From NCBI GenBank assembly GCA_964016885.1, contig OZ024741.1, forward strand, positions 155,620,001 to 155,684,000: 64,000 nt of DNA. The letters are read 5' to 3'. Source of the DNA: Eledone cirrhosa. Its lineage: Eukaryota. A program made the position numbers and the translations under genes. This document shows, piece after piece, positions 42,706 through 56,772 of the stretch; within the stretch, counting starts at the first letter, position 1, and each line of letters opens with the position of its first letter. A model generated the notes under the pieces. It was not told the DNA's origin and did not search any database. It saw nothing but the letters and a program-made list of their open reading frames with translations.

Positions 42706-43042
42706 ACGTTAAAGAACGTTAAATGTATTTATGTATTTATCTTGTCATTTTTCGTTTTAACATGTATCTAAACTTTGCAAGCTTTGCCTGCCACTTTATC
42801 TTGGGACCTGAGGGGATATTGCGTTTACACAAACATGTGCGCAGATTGCGGCCGCATTAGCATTTGATGAGCATATCGTATTATAGTCTGGCTACTTGTT
42901 GTGACAGACTTATATACCTACATATGGTTTGGGGCTGTTGATTTGCGAAAAAAACACACACACACAAACGCGAGCGCGCGCGCACACACACACACACAAA
43001 CGCGCACGTACACACATACACACACACTCACACACTCACACA

Positions 43043-43100
<58 letters not shown>

Positions 43101-43454
43101 CATATATATACTCACTTGCACACACACACACGTATGTATGTCTATAATACTTATAAAAAGGAAAGTTGTTTATACGTTGAGCGCTAATAACATTAAATAG
43201 AATTGATAATAGTTAAGGTTTTTCGTGTGTCTTCGGCTAATTTGACCTCCGACATGCTCGCAATCGACTTTTTCTTCATAAATGGATTCGGGGCGGAACC
43301 CTCGGATTTTCCTAGGCTCGGACATTTTTTCTGTGGGCATTTTTTCTTTCTTATGTTTTTTTCGTTTGTCTATGAGCGATCTGGCATCCGACTCCCTGGC
43401 CAACGACTCCTTTTTCCAAAAACGGAGGCGGGGAGGGTGGGGTCCCTTGGAGTT

Positions 43455-44583
<1,129 letters not shown>

Positions 44584-44592
44584 TGTATAGAT

Positions 44593-44755
44593 ATAGAAGT
44601 AGTAACACAACAGTGAGTTCACCAACCCAAGAACAATTGTTGCACCTTATGCGGATCTTCAGCTCAGACTGCATGCTGTCCGAGCTGAAGATCCGCATAG
44701 GGTGAAACAATTGTTCTGGGTATAGTGAACTAACTGTTGTCTTACTACTTCTACC
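44593..44755. repeat. Fold-back insert with paired hammerheads
   Basis: Imperfect inverted repeat centred near 44673. Confidence 0.75.
44680..44720 (+). ncRNA. Type I minimal hammerhead (mirror copy ~44627-44666 on -, GAAA>GCAA)
   Basis: CCGAG-CTGAAGA-TCCGCATAGGGT-GAAA-CAATTG-TT-CTGGG (CTTGG in the mirror copy). Palindromic stem III. Confidence 0.75.
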
Positions 44756-44829
44756 AAACTCGTCCCGTGGACTGAGTGCTCTACTACTACGGATATTACC
44801 TTCCAGTGTTCTACCCCTCTCTATCTCTC

Positions 44830-44946
<117 letters not shown>

Positions 44947-45152
44947 ATAATAATAAATTTGAAGACTAAAATCCAATGAGGGCTCGATAAGGATAAATAT
45001 ATATCAAATATATATGAACCGTAGAGCAACGTTTTATATATATCAAATTTATATGAACCGGTTGCAACGTTTTTTGAAATATTAACTTCTGCGTTCACAG
45101 ATTGCCTAGTTTCAGAAGATCCCGTTAAGGGTGAAAGCAGCGATTCTTTGCT

Positions 45153-45215
<63 letters not shown>

Positions 45216-45362
45216 TATTTTCCGTTGTGTTGTAATATAAATATTACACACAGTAGATTATCAGCTCACGTAGAGTTTGCTCGACGGTTCCAGTTGTAGT
45301 TCCAAAAGTAATCCGGAGAAAAATAGAAAGATTTGAATGGATACAGTTTAGTTGAAAGGAAT

Positions 45363-45479
45363 TTATTGACACGTGTTTCTATAACAGTTACATAACCTAA
45401 AACAGCTATCTACAAACTTTTAGTTATGCAGACATTCAATATTTCAATGTTATTATTTACTGTCATTTCATCAGAATAA
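45363..45479 (-). ncRNA. Type I hammerhead with ~88-nt branched stem II at the PLE 3' end
   Basis: Minus strand: TTATT-CTGATGA-A ATGACAGT..[ACATT/AATGT][TGCATAACTAAAA/TTTTAGGTTATGTA]ACTGTTAT A-GAAA-CACGTG-TC-AATAA. Confidence 0.8.
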
Positions 45480-46036
45480 TATTACTGAGGACCTATTTAG
45501 TTTTTATAGAGAATATTAGGAGGGAGGGGTGAAGTTGTTAGAAGAATAGTTGAAGGAGTGGTTTTTCGATAGCAGTGAGAATTCTTGGTGGCAGTGAGTA
45601 ATTAGATTCCCATCTGTTGTTTTGACATTTTTTATAGAATATATTATTGGTTATTTTTCTAAATCTATAGAAGGATTAGAGATAGTAAAGATATGCGTGG
45701 TTGGTTTTGTGTTTGCACTTAATTAACATTCAGACTTAAATTTTTCTTTCAAGTGTACGTAACCTTTCACCCACGCAATTCACACACAAATATATTTGCA
45801 CACCTCTACAAAATACATATACTCACAATTCACATATTCATACTTACATATATATACACATGCATACACATATATATACACACATGTATTCATATACATA
45901 CATACGCGCTCATGTGTATACATTTTCATACTCAACTTATCTTTATATACACACGTATAGACACACTCATATATACATACATACTCTAGTCCATGTGTAC
46001 ACACATACACATACTTACACATCCATATACACATAT

Positions 46037-46113
<77 letters not shown>

Positions 46114-46434
46114 CACATATACATACACATACATATATACACATATACATACATATATATATATAAGCACTTTAATACATGAATACACTTACATCTAACT
46201 ATACACATCAAACATATATATATATTTACTTATTTATATACATTTTCACATATATATACATACTTATGGACGTTTTTAGACACATTCATTATCGCATATT
46301 TGTACCTATTCTCATCAGCATATCTTTTCATTATTAGTATGGTAATTTAAGGTTATTAATATATGTTGAGAAGAGATTATTTTTATATTTTTCTTACTAG
46401 ATTAAGGTTTATATAGTTGGGGGATGTCCCTCTT

Positions 46435-47057
46435 TTATGTAATATTCGGCTTGTAGTGGGAAAAAAGGGTTTTAGTTCTGTGACGGCAGAATAATGTTCG
46501 TTCAATTCTGTTATTCAGCAGTTTCTTCTTGTGTGTGATTATGTAATAAATCTCAAGATTACACAATTTGCAGAAATTTTGGCTCCTGGAAAAGCTTTGG
46601 GTTTTAGCTAATTTTTCCCATTTTAGGGTAAACTTTTGGTCGCTATCCCTGAGCGTCCAAGCTTTTTCTGCTAAAGTTGTTACATTTCTTTGGCTCTGGT
46701 GTTTTATTGAGTAAGAATGCCTATACAATCGAGATTTAAACGATGTTGCCGTTGATCCCACGTAATACCACTCGTTGCCTCCGGATTTAATGGTACACTT
46801 ATAAATAATATTTTTTTCCAGGCAGTTATTGCCGAGGGGGCAGTTGTCAGGATAGGTGCAGTTACAGTTGTGTACGTTGGGTTTTCTCTGGAGTAGTATT
46901 GCGGACGAACTTAGGTGTGGTTTATTTATGTTCTGTAGTGTATTGTCTACTGTTTTTTTTGTGTTCTTTGTACTTAAGTTCTTAGTGTTTTCGTTTAACC
47001 TTCTAGTATTGATCTTTTTTATGTGTTGTTCAAGGTTTAACGCTGTAGAGTATGACA
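46435..47057 (-). pseudogene. Inverted duplicate of the PLE C-terminal GIY-YIG coding region
   Basis: Translation identical to the last ~205 aa of 46856-48811. Confidence 0.9.
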
Positions 47058-48811
47058 AGGTAAACTTTGATAATGACCCTAAAATTAGATTAATCTGCCC
47101 CTCTAAATCAGATATAGGTAAAATAAGCAAATATATCTTAGATAGAATCATCCCCCAAATTAAGGCTAAGGTTAACATTAAACTCTGGGGGAAGACCCAA
47201 GAAGCAATAAGATGGTTTAATAGCATTAGCAATAAGAATAAATCTAAGTTTATCCAGTTTGATATCGATGAATATTACTCATCGATATCACCTGAAACTT
47301 TGAATAGAGCCATTAAGTTTGCTAAGGATAACTCTGACCTTACAAACGATGAAATTAAGATTATATTAGAAGCTAGGAAAACTATAGTCAAATTTGAGAA
47401 CAGTTATTGGGTACGTAAAGATAGACCCTCTAACTTTGACATAACAATGGGCTCTAACGATTCGGCGGAAATAACTGATATTGTGGGGTTATTTATCGCC
47501 TTTAGACTCCAGGAAAAATTCAGCAATCTCCACGGCGGAATATACCGCGACGATGTTCTCCTCCTAGCTAAAAACCTTAATAACCAAAAACTAGAAAAAC
47601 TACGCAAAGATATAAGAAAACTACTACTCGAAATAGGACTAACTATAACATATGAATACAACCTTAAAGTAGTTAACTTCCTGGATGTCACACTCAATTT
47701 AAACTCTGGTTTGATTAAACCGTTTCATAAATTGAATGAAAATCTCAAATACGTAAATGTTGGGTCTAACCACCCCATCTCTATAATTAAATCTATCCCT
47801 AAAAATATTTCCCTTAGAATCTCGAGTTTATCTTCTAACATACAAGTATTTAAGGAACACGCCGAGTACTACGATAACGCCCTTAGTAAAGCAGGCTACC
47901 TCAACAAAATAGAGTACATAGATGGGAACAATCAAAACACCCAAAATAAATCCCACATAGGTAGATATAATAACACAACACCAAACCACACTTACTACCA
48001 TAGTATGCACACCAGTAAACCAACAAACAAAACTAATAGAAAGCGATGCAAAGAGTACTTATGGTATAACCCCGAATACAATAGCTCCATTAGTACAAAT
48101 TTACCAGTACTCTTCTTTAAAATAATTAAAAGACATTTTCCCACATCACACAAATACCACAAAATCCTAAACCCTACCACTATAAGACTGTCATACTCTA
48201 CAGCGTTAAACCTTGAACAACACATAAAAAAGATCAATACTAGAAGGTTAAACGAAAACACTAAGAACTTAAGTACAAAGAACACAAAAAAAACAGTAGA
48301 CAATACACTACAGAACATAAATAAACCACACCTAAGTTCGTCCGCAATACTACTCCAGAGAAAACCCAACGTACACAACTGTAACTGCACCTATCCTGAC
48401 AACTGCCCCCTCGGCAATAACTGCCTGGAAAAAAATATTATTTATAAGTGTACCATTAAATCCGGAGGCAACGAGTGGTATTACGTGGGATCAACGGCAA
48501 CATCGTTTAAATCTCGATTGTATAGGCATTCTTACTCAATAAAACACCAGAGCCAAAGAAATGTAACAACTTTAGCAGAAAAAGCTTGGACGCTCAGGGA
48601 TAGCGACCAAAAGTTTACCCTAAAATGGGAAAAATTAGCTAAAACCCAAAGCTTTTCCAGGAGCCAAAATTTCTGCAAATTGTGTAATCTTGAGATTTAT
48701 TACATAATCACACACAAGAAGAAACTGCTGAATAACAGAATTGAACGAACATTATTCTGCCGTCACAGAACTAAAACCCTTTTTTCCCACTACAAGCCGA
48801 ATATTACATAA
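47057..48811 (+). CDS. PLE reverse transcriptase + GIY-YIG endonuclease, 5'-truncated but uninterrupted (~584 codons)
   Basis: RLICPSKSDIG, FIQFDIDEYYSSI, FDITMGSNDSAE, IYRDD, VNFLDV, SNHP, CNC-x5-CPLGNNC, IIYKC..YYVGST..FKSRLYRH, CKLCNLE..LLN..CRH. The first ~67 codons of the listed ORF are antisense read-through of the inverted arm. Confidence 0.92.
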   Translation, partial: KVNFDNDPKIRLICPSKSDIGKISKYILDRIIPQIKAKVNIKLWGKTQEAIRWFNSISNKNKSKFIQFDIDEYYSSISPETLNRAIKFAKDNSDLTNDEIKIILEARKTIVKFENSYWVRKDRPSNFDITMGSNDSAEITDIVGLFIAFRLQEKFSNLHGGIYRDDVLLLAKNLNNQKLEKLRKDIRKLLLEIGLTITYEYNLKVVNFLDVTLNLNSGLIKPFHKLNENLKYVNVGSNHPISIIKSIPKNISLRISSLSSNIQVFKEHAEYYDNALSKAGYLNKIEYIDGNNQNTQNKSHIGRYNNTTPNHTYYHSMHTSKPTNKTNRKRCKEYLWYNPEYNSSISTNLPVLFFKIIKRHFPTSHKYHKILNPTTIRLSYSTALNLEQHIKKINTRRLNENTKNLSTKNTKKTVDNTLQNINKPHLSSSAILLQRKPNVHNCNCTYPDNCPLGNNCLEKNIIYKCTIKSGGNEWYYVGSTATSFKSRLYRHSYSIKHQSQRNVTTLAEKAWTLRDSDQKFTLKWEKLAKTQSFSRSQNFCKLCNLEIYYIITHKKKLLNNRIERTLFCRHRTKTLFSHYKPNIT

Positions 48812-49186
48812 AAGAGGGACATCCCCCAACTATATAAACCTTAATCTAGTTGGAAAAATATAAAAACAATCTCTTCTCAACATATATTAATAACCTTAAA
48901 TTACCATACTAATAATGGTAAATATGAAAATATATATTATTAAAACTAGTGTCTGACAAATGATAGATTAAACGAAGCCAGTATGGAAGGACATTGTATA
49001 GATATTTAATGAAATTCATAAAGAAAAAAAGACGATAAAGGTATTAGAGATGAATGTTTAGAATATGAGTTTTAAAAAAACTGGTAGTTTATTTTGTCAA
49101 CCCCGGAAGGATAATTGGGAGACTCGAGCAACATTTGAAGACCTATTCAGTTATGCAATGTGATGCCGAGAGGACATGACGGGTGA

Positions 49187-49187
<1 letters not shown>

Positions 49188-49217
<30 letters not shown>

Positions 49218-49299
49218 AAGAAGAAGAAGAAGAAGAAGAAGAAGAAGAAGAAGAAGAAGAAGAAGAAGAAGAAGAAGAAGAAGAAGAAGAAGAAGAAGA
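49188..49299. repeat. (AAG)n microsatellite
   Basis: Direct reading; the poly-K/R/S/F/L ORFs are artefacts. Confidence 0.97.
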
Positions 49300-49487
49300 A
49301 CTTTTTTTTTCTTGTTTCTTGGAAGCTCTTGCTGTGGGTCTGTGGTTTGCATGGGCATCGCTGGGCATTGCCCCGCCCAGCTCGCAAACCCAAGTTTTCT
49401 GTGTCTGGCTATAGCAGTCATCATGATGATCATTTATATACGCACACACACACGCACACAAATATATATGTATATGTATGTGTATGT

Positions 49488-50537
49488 ATGTTATCTCTTT
49501 CTCTTAATTTCGAGTATATTTTTTTGACCGGCCACCTTCCTGGTGGCAAGGTTGTAAAAGAAAAGAAATTGTCATCCTTTGAATCGCAAGAATGTTTTGC
49601 AAATTTTGAAGGTGCCAGCTATCGCAGTCATTTGTAGACTATGAATTAGGGAGCTGCGCTTTTTGTCTGCAAATCCAAGTTCAGTCATACTTTGGTCCAA
49701 GCAGGTTGGTATATAACCCGTAGCTCCAATAATGATGGGTATGAAGCTAAAGGTGTATCTTGGATAGTGGATTTGTAAACTCCTCATCAATGGTCCGTAG
49801 ATGTCCTCCTTCTCCTGTATTTTTCTGACAACGTTTTCATCAAGTGGGCAGCTGATCTCCACAACAGAACATGTTTTCAATGTGGGGTCCCAAACAACAA
49901 TATCAGGCCGGTTGTGCTTTAATTTGGTGGCAGTTTATATTTTCAGGTTCCACCAGTATTCCTTAGTGCCATCTGTCTCAATATATTCTTCCTCGTTTGT
50001 TGTTAATTTTCTTTTCCGAAGTGCGTTCCAGATGGTTCTAGATATCCCATCGTGTCTCATGGGGAGGTAGTAGCGAGATGACATTCTTTCACAGCTGGCA
50101 ACAATGTGGCTTACATCCTCCACCTTTGTTTTACATAGCCTACATTTATTGTCATTTGCTGGTCCTCCTATTTTGTGCAGCAGATATTTGGTAGGGAGTT
50201 CTTGTTCCTGTATTGCATCCCTCAAGGCGTGATGTCATAAACTTGTCCGAACTCCATGCCAGGCTTTTTGACTGGTTTATCCTCTCTATGGCCTGTGTTT
50301 TACGCCTCAAGTATCCATGCACAACTTTTTCTGTAAATTGGTCAATTTTTTTATCTTGTTTGAACATTGAATAGAATCTTCCGATTTCTCTGGGTGAGAG
50401 ATTTATATCAGGCTTTATTCCATATCTCTCCTCCAGATCAGTCGCTATTCTAATGATATTTTTTTGTTCATGCTCATAAACCTGGGCAAGATGGTTGCCA
50501 ACCTTTTTCCTCTGTTGAAGGTGTTGCTTCAGTGTTA
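49488..50537 (-). mobile_element. 5'-truncated R4/Dong LINE family A
   Basis: CRLCKTKVEDVSHIVASC, RHDG, HNRPDIVV, VVEISCP and 3' UTR. 5' junction in (CATA)n at 50537-50595. Confidence 0.92.
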
Positions 50538-50691
50538 TGTATGTATGTATGTATGTATGTATGTATGTATGTATGTATGTACGTATGTATGTATGAATGT
50601 ACACACACACACATATATATATATATACGTATATGTGTGATGTGTGGACAGCTAATAACCACGAAGACTTCTATTCGTATTAGCCAAGATT

Positions 50692-50877
50692 GTGGATTGG
50701 CAGTATCGGTAGAGGGTCGGACGCCATGCTTTCCAGGATAGTTTCGTCCCTTTACGATCTGAGTTCAAATCCCGCCGAGGTTGACTTTGCCTTTCATCCT
50801 TACGTGGTCGATAAAATAAAGTACCAGTAATGTACTGGTGAATTGATGGCCTTGTGCCTAAAGTAGAAACAATTATT
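50692..50877 (+). mobile_element. SINE S1
   Basis: A/B boxes, core and tail. Confidence 0.9.
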
Positions 50878-51311
50878 GTATAACTCATGACACTCGCGGC
50901 TCCCTCCCTCTTTTATGAAAGTTTCCTATTTTACCGCAACATATCTACTTTCCTATCACGCGACTATTATCGCGTTCTGTCATCTTGATGCCTAGCATAT
51001 CATCTGGTGCTGGTTAAACCCAGCCAAAATTCCCTTCTTTGGGCGTCACGTTTTTTGAGTGTCACTCTATGTACAACCATTTCGACTGCCGATGACTATA
51101 GAGTCTTGTACTTCTTGACAAAATGTTAATATCACTCGTAAGGCACACGGCTCCTTTCTTCTTCTTTTGTTAAGATATATATATATATAGTATATATATA
51201 AATATGTGTGTGAGTGTATATATATATTGAGTAGATGAAACACCCTGTAAGAAGTAAATTTTGTTTTTGAATGTATTAACTTCTCCATTCATTCTGCTTA
51301 TATATATACAC

Positions 51312-51434
<123 letters not shown>

Positions 51435-51450
51435 ATATATATATATATAT

Positions 51451-51772
51451 AGCAGAGCAAGAGAGCAGATATGATTTCATTGCTGGCACGGTGACAGTGG
51501 CCAGCAAATTGGGCTCTCCGGGATTTTAGAAAGGCAGAGGCTCGAGGGAGTTTGCCATAGATTTTAGACAAGGTGGGATGTCGTTTCCGCTCTCTTGCTC
51601 TGGAACCCTGACTCCATCCTGACTATGAGTAGGAAGCTGTCATTCCCTGACGTTATCTCTAGGGATACGGGAATCAGCAGACAGGACCTGGGGGCAGCGA
51701 TGGGGGACAGGGGATTCTGGGGCATGAGAGTGAGATCCATCATCTCGACAGTAGTCGATGAGTGATGATGTG
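51451..51772. mobile_element. RTE-like LINE 3' end with 5' inversion
   Basis: Minus 51451-51588 encodes [21 protein letters not shown]. Plus 51589-51765 continues LLLWNP..FPDVISRDTG..AMGDRGFW and ends in (TGA)n. GCTCTCTTGCTCTG is shared by both pieces. Confidence 0.72.
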
Positions 51773-51795
51773 ATATATATATATATATATATATA

Positions 51796-52655
51796 CGAGG
51801 TGTGTCACAAAAGATTTATTTCAAACCCAAACTTCACACTAAGAGTTTTCTCCTTCAAAGTAATCCCCCTGGAATATGTAACTATAATCTTAGATATCTG
51901 CAGCAATCTAACTTTTTTCTTAATAATTTTATATACATGTCCTCTGTTTCAGGTCATCAAGCAATGAGCACAGAGGAACGAATAAACTTGAAAACTCCGT
52001 CAGAATCCCTGGGATTGCTGCAGCAAGTGTATGGAGATGAGACGATCTCAGGCTCACGTGTTTTTGCGTGGTGCAAGAGGTTTAAAGAAGGACGCGAGGA
52101 TGTGGAAGATGACCCAGGAGCGGAAGACCCTCAACAACCAGGACTGAGCGCGTCAGGCAGATGGTGCGTAGCGATCGTCGGATGACTGTTCGACTGATGG
52201 CAAATGGGCTGGGCATAAATCGGGACAGCGTCTGGAAGATACTCACTGAAGATTTGGACATGCTGAAAGTGTGCGCGAAAATGGTGCCAAAACTGCTGAA
52301 CGATGACCAGAAGGGTCGACGCATGTAAGTGTGCAAGGACATCCTCGAGCGTCTTGAAACCGAACCAGTCTTGCTAGGGACAGTCATCACCGGTGATGAG
52401 TCATCGATCTTCGAGTACGACCCGGAGGGGACCCGTTTTGAAGACGTGGATGACATCAAAAAGGCCGTGACGACGGAACTGCGGAGGATCCCGGAAGAAT
52501 CCTTCCAGGAGTGTATGCAAGCCTGGCAGAAAAGGATGGACAAGTGCATTAGACTCCAGGGGGATTACTTTGAAGGAGAAAACACTCAGTATGAAGTTTG
52601 GGTTTGAAATAAATCTTTTGTGACATCAGTCCTGGAACTTTTCTGACACACCTCG
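51796..52655 (+). mobile_element. Second copy of the non-autonomous mariner
   Basis: TA-flanked TIRs; same EYDPE/TRFEDVDD deletion junction as 2914-3806. The left TIR has a ~23 bp deletion. Confidence 0.92.
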
Positions 52656-52707
52656 TATTATTCAAAATGTTAACAAATGAAAAATGTTCGCATAATCAAA
52701 ATATATA

Positions 52708-52770
52708 CTTTATTATATATATTTCAAAGGTACTGTGGTATTTTTTTCAGTACGTCCTCATCAGACAAAA
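52708..52770 (-). ncRNA. Type I minimal hammerhead
   Basis: Minus strand: TTTTGT-CTGATGA-GGAc GTACTG..CAGTAC cTTT-GAAA-TATATA-TA-ATAAAG. Confidence 0.65.
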
Positions 52771-52838
52771 TATATGATTTGATATATGACATACCGCTAC
52801 GGTCTTGATTATTCAATTCCCATATTGGCAGTTATTAG

Positions 52839-52906
<68 letters not shown>

Positions 52907-53006
52907 TTATATATATACATCTGGTTATATATCTGATATATATTTGTCCTTATCGAGCCTTCTATGGATTTTAGTCTTCACATTTATTATTATTACTTTA
53001 TATATA

Positions 53007-53038
<32 letters not shown>

Positions 53039-53041
<3 letters not shown>

Positions 53042-53167
53042 TATAGATGAGATTCTACAGGACTAGAACTGTTTCATTCTTTAGAAATCATCAGGAATCG
53101 AACTGAGATTCCTGATGATTTCTAAAGAATGAAACAGTTCTAGTCCTGTAGAATCTCATCTATATTA
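53039..53167. repeat. Perfect ~60 bp-arm fold-back made almost entirely of two hammerheads
   Basis: Arms 53039-53099 / 53107-53167, 7-nt spacer, next to (TA)n. Confidence 0.88.
53104..53158 (+). ncRNA. Type I hammerhead with closed stem III (mirror copy 53048-53099 on -)
   Basis: TGAGATTC-CTGATGA-T TTCT AA AGAA T-GAAA-CAG TTCTAGTC CTG-TA-GAATCTCA. 8-bp stem I and GUA triplet. Confidence 0.88.
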
Positions 53168-53239
53168 AAACTGTTATACTCTGCAATGTATTGAGTACCT
53201 TACTTACTGTGGTTACCTCCGATTCAACCCGGAATAACG

Positions 53240-53273
<34 letters not shown>

Positions 53274-53282
53274 AGTGTCTGT

Positions 53283-53364
<82 letters not shown>

Positions 53365-53515
53365 ATATATACACATATGCATATATATAAAAAACAAAGA
53401 AAAAGGTGTGGTAAGATACGAGGTGGACCATAACGCACCTGTTCGGATCTAGCTGTCGAAACGGCCGGAGCTCAGCCGTCGGGGTCCTGACTCTTTCCCT
53501 ACACACACACATACG

Positions 53516-53569
<54 letters not shown>

Positions 53570-53920
53570 ACGTATACGCACGCACATTCAAAGACAAACT
53601 CATTTCATATGTACAGCTATATCTCGAAAATAAATTTGTCTTTATTAAAAATTCTAATAGGTTTGTCATAAACATAATTAGTGATGCGTCCAGTTTAAAT
53701 CGAGTTCGGGTTGTAGAACTCCCAGACTGAACCACACTAACTTATTTCCTATTCTGTCAGCATCCGACCCAGGGAAAGGGGCGGGTGGTGGTGTCTACTG
53801 AGATTTAATCTAGACAACTCATTAATCCCATCATGTTTTGCCATAGAGTAATGTATGCTGGTACAAACGGACACACATATCTATATAAAGTTGTGTAATA
53901 TATATATGTATAAGTCAGTG

Positions 53921-53997
<77 letters not shown>

Positions 53998-54036
53998 AAA
54001 TATATATATATAATATATATATATATATATGTATAA

Positions 54037-54068
<32 letters not shown>

Positions 54069-54084
54069 TATATATATGTATATA

Positions 54085-55525
<1,441 letters not shown>

Positions 55526-55614
55526 TATATATATATATATATACGCATATGTGGGTATAAACATATATGGTAGTATTCTTTTCCTCTCTCTCTCCCTCTT
55601 TCTGTCTCTGTCTA

Positions 55615-55649
<35 letters not shown>

Positions 55650-55678
55650 AAATGTGTGTAATCCTTGGTACAGTTAGG

Positions 55679-55897
55679 TATATTAAGACAGGGGGGAAGA
55701 AAAAATGGCTTCACTTGTGCTTTCAACAAATTTATTTTCTTCACAAAATCCAAAAAGAATTTAAAAAAAAAAAAAATTATTTTATAAATTATAAAATAAT
55801 TTTTTTTTTAAGAAAAATTCTTTTTGGATTTTGTGAAGAAAATAAATTTGTTGAAAGCACAAGTGAAGCCATTTTTTCTTCCCCCCTGTCTTAATAT
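55679..55897. repeat. Fold-back insert (~85 bp arms) next to (TA)n
   Basis: TATTAAGACAGGGGGGAAGAAAAAATGGC... and its perfect reverse complement. Confidence 0.85.
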
Positions 55898-55914
55898 ATA
55901 TATATATAATATAT

Positions 55915-56092
55915 AATAATTGTTTCTACGTTAGGCATAAGGCCAGCAATTACCCAGTCCATTACTGGTACTTTATTTTATCAACCCCGTAAGGATGAAA
56001 GGCAAAGTTAACCTTGGCGGGATTTGAACTCAGAATGGCAAGGGCCGTAACTCTATACGTCAAAGCATGGCGTCCGACCCTCTACCAATACT
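55915..56092 (-). mobile_element. SINE S1
   Basis: Full reverse-complement copy. Confidence 0.9.
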
Positions 56093-56164
56093 ACCAATAC
56101 AACCTTATTATTAATAATAATAAAATGTGGAGAGGAGGCACACGAGTTAGGATATATATATATA

Positions 56165-56280
56165 TATGAAAACAGGGAGAAAGAGACGATTGTGAGGAAG
56201 AAAAATATATTTTAAGGAAAAAAAAAAGAAAAAAAATATTTTTCTTCCTCACAATCGTCTCTTTCTCCCTGTTTTCATAT
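56165..56280. repeat. Mini fold-back of the terminus of the 14675-16597 PLE family in (TA)n
   Basis: ATGAAAACAGG.AGAAA.AGACGATT.T.AGGAAGAAAAATAT matches 14677-14720 and 16547-16589 (rc). Confidence 0.75.
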
Positions 56281-56281
56281 A

Positions 56282-56313
<32 letters not shown>

Positions 56314-56772
56314 TCGTTTCTGAATTTGTTTAGCAAGATTCTTTATCTGAAATCGTGTGTTGAAACCGATATTGATATACTTTGGGAGGGTCATGTTGCC
56401 AATAAGAAACACACGCACCAGTTGCTTTCACTTCAATTTATTATTATAATAAATTTATAATAAATTTATAAATTTATAAATTTCTGGTTGGTTGGTTGGT
56501 TCCACAACCAGATAGTTGTTTATATATTGTCATAGTTCTTTCGTCACACGCTCTGTGACCTCTTTAGTGACTGGGGATTCCTTTCTTTGTTTCTGTGCCT
56601 CTCCTTTGTTCTGTCCTACGCCATTTTATTTCTGTGTGTGTGTTGTGTGCTCAGTCTGCGCATGCGCCACATCCGGGTGTCTGTGTGTGTTTATGTTCAT
56701 TTATTTATTTGTTTATTTAGATGTTACTGGTTGGTTGTTTGTTCTATGTGTGTGTGTGTTTTCATTTTGTCC

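Larger units (their letters stand above)
45215..48917 (+). mobile_element. Young Penelope-like element (Naiad-like) with inverted pLTR (45215-47057) and sense body (47058-48917)
   Basis: 46328-47057 is the near-identical reverse complement of 48190-48917. The inverted arm continues ~1.1 kb further to a HHR and (TA)n. Confidence 0.93.

Noticed and set aside
46240-46330. CTGATGA on the minus strand and possible SECIS downstream of the Naiad-like ORF
   Set aside because: No matching stems I/III. The ORF has no in-frame UGA and ATGA-AA-GA spacing does not fit a SECIS by eye; a SECISearch run would settle it.
46856-47056. Hydrophobic N-terminus of the 651-aa ORF (apparent membrane anchor on the RT)
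   Set aside because: Antisense read-through of the inverted arm; identical to the antisense ORF 47995-48390.
55526-55753. N-terminal part of the 328-aa ORF
   Set aside because: Runs through microsatellite and an unrelated fold-back; PLE homology starts near 55525.
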